Shown: piece after piece, positions 23,424-31,865 of the stretch
How positions within the stretch are numbered: position 1 is the stretch's first letter
Layout: every line of letters begins with the position of its first letter
NCBI GenBank assembly: GCA_001761425.1
Contig: CP012986.1
Span: 840,001-872,000, forward strand
Source: Candidatus Saccharimonadota bacterium
GTDB lineage: Archaea; Nanohalarchaeota; Nanosalinia; Nanosalinales; Nanosalinaceae
Reading direction: 5' to 3'
Length of the DNA: 32,000 nt
Program-made: the position numbers and the translations under genes
Notes under the pieces: generated by a model
What the model saw: the letters and a program-made list of their open reading frames with translations, nothing else
The model's database searches: none
What the model was told of the DNA's origin: nothing

Positions 23424-24812
23424 ATGAAAGAGTTTGACCTCATCGTAGTAGGATCTGGTTCAGGCCTTGACGTTGCCTCGGCGTTCACAAGCCGTGGGAA
23501 AGACGTCGCTGTCATCGAGCCAGGGCCTCTGGGCGGTACCTGCCTGAACAGGGGATGTATCCCCTCAAAGATGCTGATCCATCACGCGGATATCGCGGAG
23601 ACAGTCCGGAGTTCCGAGAATTTTAACATCGACGCTAATATAAACGCAGTGGATTTCGAAGGCATTGTACATGAGGTCAACGGAAAAGTCGCCGAGGACT
23701 CGAAGAACATCGAGAAAAGCCTCAAAGACTCGGATAAACACACACTTTACAGGACAGAGGGAAAGTTCGTCGATGAAAAAGTAGTAGAAGTGAACGAAGC
23801 TCCTGCATCCGGCGGAGAAGTAGATGAAAAAATTACTGCGGAAAAAATACTTGTGGCAGCTGGTTCAAGGCCTTTAGTACCTCCTATTGATGGCCTTCGT
23901 GAAGATGTTTTTATGACAAGCGATGAGGCTCTAAGTCTAGATGAGAGGCCTGATAAGCTTGTGATTATCGGCGGAGGGTACATTGCTGCGGAGCTGGCGC
24001 ATTTTTTCGGTTCTCTTGGAGTTGAGATAACGATAGTCGAGGCCCAGGATAGCCTGATTGCGAGAGCGGACGAGGATATCAGCGAGAGGTTTACAGAACT
24101 GTTCAGCGAGCGCCATGACGTGAATCTTGGTCTTAAAGCGACCAGGGTTGAAGATCTTGAGGATAAGGTCAAGGTCGTTGCAGAGGATAAGAAGGGTAAT
24201 AAAGAGTCTTTCGCCGGTGACAGGCTTTTACTCGCTGTAGGCAGAAGGCCTAACACGGACAGAGTTGATGCGGAAAGTGGAGGCCTTGAACTGGATGAAG
24301 ACGGTTTCCTGTTGACAGATGATAGGCTGGAGACGACTGTAGACGGAGTGTATGCCCTGGGCGATATTGCCGGTAATTTCATGTTCAAGCATTCGGCGAA
24401 CTACGAGGCAGAGGTGGTTTACCAGAACCTGCTGACGGATGGAACTCATAGAGTTGATTACACTGCGATGCCGCACGCAGTCTTTTCCTCTCCGCAGATA
24501 TCTGGTGTTGGAAAGACTGAGCAGGAGCTTGAGGCCTCTGACCAAGAGTTCGTCTCCGCGAGCTATGAGTACGGGAAGACCGGTATGGGCCTGGCTTTAA
24601 AGGAGGAGAACGGGTTTGTAAAGGTTCTTGCTGATCCTGAGACGGAGGAGATCCTTGGCTGTCATATTATGGGGCCTGAGGCCTCTGTTTTGATCCATGA
24701 AGTACTGGTTTCGATGAGAGAGGGGCGTGGAAAAGTTGATGATATCAAGGATACGATCCATATCCATCCTGCGTTGAACGAGGTTGTTCAAAGGGCTTTT
24801 AACCGGATCTAG
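23424..24812 (+). CDS. Class-I FAD-dependent pyridine nucleotide-disulfide oxidoreductase (Lpd / glutathione- or mycothione-reductase-like)
   Basis: GSGSG FAD site, redox-active GGTCLNRGCIPSK, a second GGGYIAAE dinucleotide site, and a C-terminal HIHPALNE dimerisation/His-Glu motif. Confidence 0.9.
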   Translation: MKEFDLIVVGSGSGLDVASAFTSRGKDVAVIEPGPLGGTCLNRGCIPSKMLIHHADIAETVRSSENFNIDANINAVDFEGIVHEVNGKVAEDSKNIEKSLKDSDKHTLYRTEGKFVDEKVVEVNEAPASGGEVDEKITAEKILVAAGSRPLVPPIDGLREDVFMTSDEALSLDERPDKLVIIGGGYIAAELAHFFGSLGVEITIVEAQDSLIARADEDISERFTELFSERHDVNLGLKATRVEDLEDKVKVVAEDKKGNKESFAGDRLLLAVGRRPNTDRVDAESGGLELDEDGFLLTDDRLETTVDGVYALGDIAGNFMFKHSANYEAEVVYQNLLTDGTHRVDYTAMPHAVFSSPQISGVGKTEQELEASDQEFVSASYEYGKTGMGLALKEENGFVKVLADPETEEILGCHIMGPEASVLIHEVLVSMREGRGKVDDIKDTIHIHPALNEVVQRAFNRI

Positions 24813-25585
24813 CGGTCGAAGAATCTGCGTGCTTCGTCGTGGAACTCTGAAGCGTTTTGCTGGAAGGCTGCGTGTCTACCAGGTATGTAACGGGTTTCTG
24901 CGCCAATTTTCTGCGCTGTCTCAGATATTATGGGTTCTGGGAAGAAATCGTCGTTCCTGCCTCCTATGATCATTGTATCTGTTTCTATGTTTGAGGCCTT
25001 GACTGCGGTGTCGTGTTCCAGGCAGGCTTCTGCGCATTTTATCAGGTCTTCTTTTGGAGGTCTTGAAAATGTTTTCCACAGGTTTTTGCCTGTTAGCTGG
25101 TATAGAGGCTTTTTGAGGCCTGTGAATGTGTCTTTTGCGACTTCTCTGTAGAAACACCCTGTTCTGTCGTTTTCCAGAAGTTTTATCCAGTGGTTTACTT
25201 TTTTTCTACCGGTTTCTGCGAGTTTTGTGCCTGTGAATCCGAGCAGGAGTTTTTCTATTTTGTCTGTTTCTGTTGCGAGGTGCTGGGCTATCATTCCTCC
25301 CATTGATACTGTGAGGAGGTTGCATGGGCCTTCTTCGTCTATTATCTGTTTGTAGTGTCTGGCTATTTTTTCTGTGGTGATGTCTTTTTTGAGGCCTTGT
25401 TTTCTGGATGTTACTATGATCTGTCTGTCCTGTAGGCCTCTGAAGTGGTATTTGAGGTAGAGGGGGTAGTGGGTTGTACGGATCATTTCGTCGTTGAGGC
25501 CTGGGATCACCAGTATTTTTCTTTTACCGGTGTTTTTTCCCATTTTGACGTATTCGTATCCGTTTTTGTATTTCCCTGCCTCCAT
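24809..25585 (-). CDS. Alpha/beta-hydrolase fold protein
   Basis: 258 aa with a nucleophile-elbow-like VSMGGMIAQ, a late Asp, and a late His (GRHAAF). Its stop overlaps the stop of the convergent reductase (CTAG). Confidence 0.7.
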   Translation of the reverse strand: MEAGKYKNGYEYVKMGKNTGKRKILVIPGLNDEMIRTTHYPLYLKYHFRGLQDRQIIVTSRKQGLKKDITTEKIARHYKQIIDEEGPCNLLTVSMGGMIAQHLATETDKIEKLLLGFTGTKLAETGRKKVNHWIKLLENDRTGCFYREVAKDTFTGLKKPLYQLTGKNLWKTFSRPPKEDLIKCAEACLEHDTAVKASNIETDTMIIGGRNDDFFPEPIISETAQKIGAETRYIPGRHAAFQQNASEFHDEARRFFDR

Positions 25586-25628
25586 AATGTAAAGAGTTAA
25601 AATTGAGCCTTTGTATAACTTAACTTAG

Positions 25629-25952
25629 ATGAACACTGTTAGTATCGCTCTCAGTTTTTTGCTTTCGGTTATGGGCCTGGGTATTGCAGCGTTTGCCTAC
25701 AGGTTTCTGAAAGCTGTCAGAGATAACTCAGATAAGGCTATGGCTTCTTTCCAGTTGCATCCTAATGAGACTGTAAAGGAGTTCGAACTACTTCATTACG
25801 GCCTTATACTTGAGATGTTCGCTTTTGTGATATACGGTATTGGAGGCCTCCTGGGTGAAGTAGTCCTGCTGAACGCTGGAAGGGTCATGTCTGCAGGTTT
25901 TATACTGGCAGGGATTAAAATCTCTGTTGGATGGTGGAGGAGGTTTAACTGA
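25629..25952 (+). CDS. Small membrane protein (paralog family A)
   Basis: 107 aa with 3 predicted TM helices. Its stop overlaps the next ATG (TGATG). It shares architecture with 25952..26305 and with the partial ORF at 31866. Confidence 0.55.
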   Translation: MNTVSIALSFLLSVMGLGIAAFAYRFLKAVRDNSDKAMASFQLHPNETVKEFELLHYGLILEMFAFVIYGIGGLLGEVVLLNAGRVMSAGFILAGIKISVGWWRRFN

Positions 25953-26305
25953 TGGCGGAGTTCACCATGATGATGGTAGAATCAGTTTTCGGATTTGTCG
26001 GAGCTGTGATGTTTCTGGCGATGGCGTATTATACGAGGAAGGCCTTGACTCATTTCAGGGATCACAGGGATGTCTCTCTTGTGAAGTTTTTCATCGATGA
26101 GAGAGGTGAGAAGGCTTTTATCCTGCTGTCGGTTACCGCACTGGTTTATGCGGTGGCGATGATGGTTACAGGCCTCGAGTTCATACTGGATAACGTGGTC
26201 CTGCTTGTGGCTTCCAGGGCCTTGATCCTCGGGGTTGCAGGTATGTTGCTTTACTTCCTGAGGGAGATCTTTCTTATCACGAAGAAGAACCCTGATGAGA
26301 AGTAG
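25952..26305 (+). CDS. Small membrane protein (paralog family A)
   Basis: 117 aa. Same layout as the preceding gene: TM1, a basic linker (YYTRKALTHFRDHRD), a short loop, then two TM helices. Confidence 0.55.
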   Translation: MAEFTMMMVESVFGFVGAVMFLAMAYYTRKALTHFRDHRDVSLVKFFIDERGEKAFILLSVTALVYAVAMMVTGLEFILDNVVLLVASRALILGVAGMLLYFLREIFLITKKNPDEK

Positions 26306-26689
26306 TTACAGTCTCTGGACCATTTCTTTCATCCTTTCTTTCATTTCTGACGCCATTCCGTCAAGTTCGGGGTTTCCTGTGACTGAAGCCAGTTCTTCTG
26401 GATCGATGACTTCGACAAACACTTTTCCAGAGTCTTCGTAGACTATGACGTTGCATGGCAGTAATGCTCCCATCGCTGTTTCCTCTTCTATGGCTTGATG
26501 TGCGATCTCCGGGTTACATGCACCCAGGATCCTGTACTTCCTGAAATCCTTGTCCAGTTTTTTCTTCAAAGTTTTCTGCACGTCTATATCAGTTAAAACT
26601 CCGAATCCTTCCTTTTCAAGCTCTTCTGTAACGTTTTCGATAGTCTTCTCAAAACCTGTATCCACCTGAGCCGAGATAGTGTAATCCAT
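26306..26689 (-). CDS. DUF302 domain protein
   Basis: 127 aa. GFGVLTDIDVQKTLKKKL...YRILGACNPEIAHQAI is the characteristic DUF302 pattern. Confidence 0.8.
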   Translation of the reverse strand: MDYTISAQVDTGFEKTIENVTEELEKEGFGVLTDIDVQKTLKKKLDKDFRKYRILGACNPEIAHQAIEEETAMGALLPCNVIVYEDSGKVFVEVIDPEELASVTGNPELDGMASEMKERMKEMVQRL

Positions 26690-26733
26690 AAACCAGAAAA
26701 AGTATTTCCATATGTTAAACTCTTTGCCAACTT

Positions 26734-26994
26734 TCAGCTTTCCTTGAACAGGTACTCGAATTTCTCGCCTCTCACAACGGTAATGTCGTTTTTCACCTCT
26801 ACACTCTCCGCGTTACCAGTCTCGAAATGATGCTTCGGCATAGAACCCTCCACAAAACCATCTTTTTCCAGGGTCAGAAAAGTCGAATGACTGAACCTGA
26901 GTTGAATTCTTTCCTCGCCTTCATCGATCATGCGGTCCGGGTAACTCGATTTCAACCGGGAGACAACTTTCTCCCAATCATCTTCAAAACTCAT
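26734..26994 (-). CDS. Hypothetical small protein
   Basis: 86-aa ATG ORF. No family recognised. Confidence 0.45.
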   Translation of the reverse strand: MSFEDDWEKVVSRLKSSYPDRMIDEGEERIQLRFSHSTFLTLEKDGFVEGSMPKHHFETGNAESVEVKNDITVVRGEKFEYLFKES

Positions 26995-27039
26995 ACAGTA
27001 ATATCGTGCTCAGGCCTCATAAAAACAGTGATATCCCAG

Positions 27040-27621
27040 TCAACTGTTTTGATGAACCGCCAGGAATATACCGGCGGACTGACCTACAAACACCAGGAAA
27101 AGGCCTGAAAGAGATAGAACTTCCTGTCTCAAAGGGTAAAACATGGATATCAAGAAAACTGACAGGCCCAGAAGCGAGAAAAGGCCTGAAACCGTGTATC
27201 CTGTACCGTATGTTTCATCTTTCTTCCCGGTGTAGACCAGTGCGAGGCCTGGTAGGAGCATCCAGCCTAGAAGTGAGAACGCTGTAAGTACTTCGGTGTA
27301 AACTCCTGTAAGACCTAGTGCTCCGAACGCTGTTAAGGGGAGGCCCAGTGTTATGACTGTTTTCCAGGCCTTGAGGACTCCTTTGTTCATTTCTTTCCGG
27401 CCTGATACCAGGAAAAGTGCCATTAGAACCGCCATGATGACGTGGGCGATCAGAAGACCATTTTCAGGCATTTTCTGTGTACTTACTGCTGTTATGGCTG
27501 TGGTCCATGCGGCAGGGACCATGAGGCCTGGGCCGTACTGCCTGAAAGCTTTCAGCATAGCATCTGGGAATGCGGTTTTCTGTTTAATATATTTGAAGGC
27601 CTCTGAGTAACATCTTGGCAT
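27040..27621 (-). CDS. Polytopic membrane protein, unknown function
   Basis: About 5-6 TM helices. The ORF track starts at 27645, but that would overlap the divergent gene. MPRC (27621) and MLKAF (27558) are alternative starts. Confidence 0.55.
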   Translation of the reverse strand: MPRCYSEAFKYIKQKTAFPDAMLKAFRQYGPGLMVPAAWTTAITAVSTQKMPENGLLIAHVIMAVLMALFLVSGRKEMNKGVLKAWKTVITLGLPLTAFGALGLTGVYTEVLTAFSLLGWMLLPGLALVYTGKKDETYGTGYTVSGLFSLLGLSVFLISMFYPLRQEVLSLSGLFLVFVGQSAGIFLAVHQNS

Positions 27622-27979
27622 GGGATTGACGGATTCTCTCCTCAAGTTTGCTACAGGCCTTGTCGTAGGTACATTGGGAATTCATGTCGGAGCTATACTT
27701 GTTCTCGGGCAGTCAAGTATCGAGACCGCTGCGTTCACCGCGGTCGGAGGTGCTGCCGTCTGGTTCCTGGCCAGTCATTTCTTCGGCTGGGTGCCTTTCC
27801 TCGGTATAGTGCTGACGTTTATCGTCTGGCTGGCTTTTATCAACGGACAGTATCCTGGAGGCCTTACTGAGGCTGCGAAGATCGCTGGTATTGCATGGGT
27901 CGCTTCTGTAGTAGCCGATCAAATCCTCAAGGTTATAGGTATTAGAAACCCTGATACTGTCGGTGTACCAGAGGCCTGA
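27620..27979 (+). CDS. Small membrane protein, unknown function
   Basis: 119 aa with 3-4 TM helices and an ATG start. Confidence 0.55.
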   Translation: MGLTDSLLKFATGLVVGTLGIHVGAILVLGQSSIETAAFTAVGGAAVWFLASHFFGWVPFLGIVLTFIVWLAFINGQYPGGLTEAAKIAGIAWVASVVADQILKVIGIRNPDTVGVPEA

Positions 27980-27983
27980 AAGA

Positions 27984-28913
27984 TTAGAATAGAGAATCCC
28001 TGTACTCTTCCAGGTTGTTCCTGACGTTGGCCTTTGCGTTTTCGTATCTTTCCGTATCTTTCTCCAGGATCTTTGCGTGGATCGGCGATGTGAACGTTGA
28101 GATTGCGTCCTCGTATAAGTCTATTTTCTCGCCGTATTCCTGTTTGAACCCGTGTCTGAAGGATTTGTAGGCCTCTGATTCGACCTGTTTTAGACTGGAG
28201 ATCATGGTTATCATATCCATCTTTTTCTCCCAGGAAGAAGCATCTTCTGAGAAGTACTCTCCGTCTACAAAGCCAAGGCCTCTCTCGTTTATCATGAAGT
28301 TGTTAATCCTGAGATCGGTGAACGCGACATCTTTCTCGTGTAAATCCGCGAGGAAACCTCCTACCAGCTCACCTGCCTCATAGGCTTCGTCATCCGAGGC
28401 CTGGTTCAGGTACGTGTTCATATTTGTTCCGTCAAGCGTCTCGAACTCGACATACTCGTCCTGGACTCCGAGAATATCCGGGACTTCGATATCCATATCT
28501 TCCGTGTACTGTCTGAATGTTTCCTCATTCCTTATCCTGCTCTCCTGATCCTGGTACTCCAGGTTAAATGAGGGGATCCTGCCCAGCATCTGGACATACG
28601 CCATTTTAGGCCTTGCACAGAACTCCTTCAGAACAGTACCTGCCTGGGTTTCCACCAGCTCATTTGTCAGGCTTCCGCCGAGGCCTTCAGCCTCTGGACT
28701 ACTCATCTCAGCCTCTACAAAATCTCTCGCGGACTGTTCCCCGTATTCAGGGCCTGCGAACTGCTCTCCGGGAACCTCTTCTCTCATCCTGCGGAGATCT
28801 TCAGGCGTATCCGGATCCTTCTCCACGTCGAGAAACATCTGTTCTCCGCCTTCCTCATTCTCCTCAAACGATACTCCCGTATCAGTTTCGGAATCCCGGT
28901 TTTCAGAACTCAT
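27984..28913 (-). CDS. Acidic protein with an atypical protein-kinase-like (Bud32/RIO/Kdo-like) C-terminal domain
   Basis: FLADLHEKDVAFTDLRINNFMINERGLGFVDGEYF resembles the kinase catalytic loop (HxDLxxxN) plus the DFG-equivalent (VDGE). The N-terminal ~90 aa are acidic and low-complexity. The family call is tentative. Confidence 0.4.
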   Translation of the reverse strand: MSSENRDSETDTGVSFEENEEGGEQMFLDVEKDPDTPEDLRRMREEVPGEQFAGPEYGEQSARDFVEAEMSSPEAEGLGGSLTNELVETQAGTVLKEFCARPKMAYVQMLGRIPSFNLEYQDQESRIRNEETFRQYTEDMDIEVPDILGVQDEYVEFETLDGTNMNTYLNQASDDEAYEAGELVGGFLADLHEKDVAFTDLRINNFMINERGLGFVDGEYFSEDASSWEKKMDMITMISSLKQVESEAYKSFRHGFKQEYGEKIDLYEDAISTFTSPIHAKILEKDTERYENAKANVRNNLEEYRDSLF

Positions 28914-29014
28914 GTATTATTTTTAGGACTCCAGAGTTATAAAATTTTTGTAACTTTTGGGTGACAAAAGTCTCTGGTTTTTTGTTTTAAATCTCTCCGT
29001 CGGTAATCTAAATT

Positions 29015-29527
29015 ATGACGGAGGAAGTTGTGCTGGGCGGAGGCTGCTTCTGGTGTACGGAGGCCTCTTTCAAAGAGGTCTCGGGAGTGCTGGAAGTTAC
29101 TTCAGGGTATGCCGGAGGACACGCAGAGAACCCGAGTTACAGGGAGGTATGTTCCGGTGACACAGGACATGCCGAAGTAGTAAGGATAGAGTACAGAGAG
29201 GAAAAAGTTTCTCTTGAAAAATTACTGGAACTTTTCTTCAGGATACACGACCCGACGACAGAAGATCGACAAGGCCCTGATGTGGGGAACCAGTACCGCT
29301 CGATAATCCTTTATCAGAATGAGGAGCAGAGGGAAAAAGTTGAGGCCTTCATCGAGGAGAAAGAAGACGAGTACGAAGATGAGATCGTGACTGAGGTCAA
29401 GAGTCTTGATAATTTTTACAGAGCTGAAGAGAGGCATCAGGATTACTTTGAGAAGAATCCTGAGAACGCTTACTGTACGATGCATGCAGAGCCGAAGGTG
29501 GAGAAGGCCCGTGAGATGAACTTGTAG
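29015..29527 (+). CDS. msrA: Peptide-methionine (S)-S-oxide reductase MsrA (cytoplasmic form)
   Basis: GGGCFWCTEASF lies at the extreme N-terminus with no signal or anchor. 170 aa. Confidence 0.9.
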   Translation: MTEEVVLGGGCFWCTEASFKEVSGVLEVTSGYAGGHAENPSYREVCSGDTGHAEVVRIEYREEKVSLEKLLELFFRIHDPTTEDRQGPDVGNQYRSIILYQNEEQREKVEAFIEEKEDEYEDEIVTEVKSLDNFYRAEERHQDYFEKNPENAYCTMHAEPKVEKAREMNL

Positions 29528-29614
29528 AGGACAGAGAATTTTTTCCTGTGGTTCTTGATCGCCAGGGAAGATCTGAGAAAAGGTTAAAAGCAGGGATCGC
29601 TGAAAGTATTTACC

Positions 29615-30433
29615 GTGAATGAAGACGGGGAAGAGAAAGAGGAGATAGAAAAGATAAAGGAGGCCTCAAGGGAAGAAAACTCTGCTTCCAACAACTTCTA
29701 CAGTTCTCTCAACGGTTTCCAGGGTTTCCTGAAGAGTTTCTCTGCCGGTCCCGGTCACTGGCTGAAAGAGGTATTTTTCGACAGGAAGGCCTTGCCTTTT
29801 TACTTTTTGCTTGGCGCTCTCTATGCCTCCAGTTTTCGTAAGCCGAACTTTCTGTTCCGTGACGGGGCATTCAACGAACAGCTGCTGGCAGGAAAGCTCC
29901 AGGCCTTTATCTCGGTATTTAATGAGTCTTTTGTCCTTGGATCGCCTGTGAGGTTGATCACGACTTTGTTTTTCATCGGGACGGTCTGGAGCATCTACCG
30001 GTTCTGGCTGAGAGATGTGAAGATGCTTGAGCAGAGTTATGGGTTGCTGAGAAGGATTTTGATAGTTCTTGTCGGTGTCTTAGTGCTTTACCGGCATGTG
30101 AGGCAGGGTTCGGTTCTGGAGCAGTTTTCACAGTGGATAGTCTTCGCTCTTGTACTTTACCTGGAACTGGCTATCTCGTGGTTCCTGATGAGGACAATCG
30201 ATCACATAGACCTGAGTTCGGACCTTAAAAACTGGACTCTACGGCTTCTAGGCCTTCCAACCGTCTTCGCAGGTTCAACGATATCTCTGGGGGCCCAGCC
30301 ACTGATAACTTTCTCCTATACGCCAGAACTCTACGGCAACAACGTTTTCCTCGCCGGTATCCTGGTGATGATACTTGGAGGATTCATGATCTACAGGAGC
30401 ACGAGAAGACAGCCAGCACTGAAGATATGGTAG
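29615..30433 (+). CDS. Polytopic membrane protein, unknown function
   Basis: 272 aa with a GTG start, an acidic N-terminus and then about 6 TM helices. Confidence 0.55.
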   Translation: MNEDGEEKEEIEKIKEASREENSASNNFYSSLNGFQGFLKSFSAGPGHWLKEVFFDRKALPFYFLLGALYASSFRKPNFLFRDGAFNEQLLAGKLQAFISVFNESFVLGSPVRLITTLFFIGTVWSIYRFWLRDVKMLEQSYGLLRRILIVLVGVLVLYRHVRQGSVLEQFSQWIVFALVLYLELAISWFLMRTIDHIDLSSDLKNWTLRLLGLPTVFAGSTISLGAQPLITFSYTPELYGNNVFLAGILVMILGGFMIYRSTRRQPALKIW

Positions 30434-30589
30434 AAAAACCCACAAAAAAGAATCTGTGACCGCATTTGAGATCTGTGTTTTCCGGAGTGGAAGAGTGCTT
30501 AAATTAAACTCTGCCAAATATTTTCGTGATTGACAATGTAGAGTTCGAGACCCGCATATCTATAAGATATGCTTCGACTAAATTTTACC

Positions 30590-30862
30590 ATGGTAGAATT
30601 CGAGACTATCGAGAAAGAAAGACGTGATTATGGAAACTTTCCGGGAGAAAAATTCATCGAGGTAAGCCGGAACAAGGCCATCCAGGACGACGGATCGGAG
30701 AACAGCTTTATCCAGATCGCCACCGGTTACTACAACGATGAAGAACCTCAGTACAAGAAAAGGTTCACAGTCCCGACTGACGATAAAGCAGTGGATCAGA
30801 TCGTTGAAAAACTTCCCGAAATGTTCGAGAAAGAGAAAGAAAATCGCGAATCAGAGGAGTAA
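30590..30862 (+). CDS. Hypothetical acidic protein
   Basis: The ORF 30569..30862 probably starts at MVEFETIEK (ATG 30590). No family recognised. Confidence 0.45.
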   Translation: MVEFETIEKERRDYGNFPGEKFIEVSRNKAIQDDGSENSFIQIATGYYNDEEPQYKKRFTVPTDDKAVDQIVEKLPEMFEKEKENRESEE

Positions 30863-30995
30863 AAAATTACAGGCCTTACTGGAGGCCTCAACTTTTTTCC
30901 AGTGTTTTTTCACTGCATCATCTACTTCTTGAAACAGTCCAGTAGTCGGGTCCTGAAGGCCAGTTTTTTTATCCAGGGTTTCGAAAATTTTCTGT

Positions 30996-31202
30996 ATGCA
31001 CTGGATTCAGAAGAAAATGATGGATTATCATCACGGTTATTTCATGGGTGTAGGCCTTGGACTTTTCCTGTTCGGCTTTGCAGTACAGGTCTTTTTGCTT
31101 CCTGAAGGCCTGAGACCGGAGAGTTTCCAGCTACTGACTGTTATTGGAGCATTGTTACTGGGTTATGGGACAGGAAGATGTGACCAGAAGGCCTGTAACT
31201 AA
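30996..31202 (+). CDS. Hypothetical small membrane protein
   Basis: 68 aa with two hydrophobic helices. Weak support. Confidence 0.3.
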   Translation: MHWIQKKMMDYHHGYFMGVGLGLFLFGFAVQVFLLPEGLRPESFQLLTVIGALLLGYGTGRCDQKACN

Positions 31203-31232
31203 AAAAGCGTGTGGTGCTGGATTCGAGTTTTT

Positions 31233-31760
31233 TTATTGGTTTCTGTGATGCCAGTAAAACAGTAGTCTGGAGAATATTTCGTCCAGGGCTATGGTGAGTG
31301 TTATTATGAGGCCTGAAAAGCTTCCTAGGACTGCTGAGGCCTTTTGTTCTAGTGTGTTGAAGGCTGGGCCTTCTGATAGAGCGGTTTCCAGGAGCAGGTC
31401 GGTCGAGGACATGAATCCTCGGCAGTAAGGTTGTTCTGTGAAGATGCATGGTCGGTAGAGCAGTCCGAGTGCCAGTGTTGAGATCATTGCCGATGTTGCG
31501 ACCATGAGTTCTCCTTTCTCCCATTTTCCCTGGTATTTTTGCTCGAGGCTGTGTCTAAGCCGTGGGTAGAGGATCCTTGACCATATTGTCGCCAGTGAAA
31601 CTGAGATTACAGTAGCTGCTGTGAGCAGTATCCAGGCTGAGATAGGGACGAGCTGTCTGACCGGGCCAGCGGTAGATAGAAGGCCGAAAAAGATAGGGGG
31701 AACGATAAAGCCTAGAACAGGTGCAGAAACGAAAATTAAGGCCTTTCTGAAGTGATTCAT
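31233..31760 (-). CDS. Polytopic membrane protein, unknown function
   Basis: 175 aa with about 5 TM helices and an ATG start. Confidence 0.55.
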   Translation of the reverse strand: MNHFRKALIFVSAPVLGFIVPPIFFGLLSTAGPVRQLVPISAWILLTAATVISVSLATIWSRILYPRLRHSLEQKYQGKWEKGELMVATSAMISTLALGLLYRPCIFTEQPYCRGFMSSTDLLLETALSEGPAFNTLEQKASAVLGSFSGLIITLTIALDEIFSRLLFYWHHRNQ

Positions 31761-31865
31761 ATCTAATTAGTTAAAGACGGAACTTGATAAGATTTTCCTG
31801 CGGAAGATTCTAGCTCACGGGAAAATAATCTTTTTGAACATCTAAATCCAGTTCTGTATTACAGG

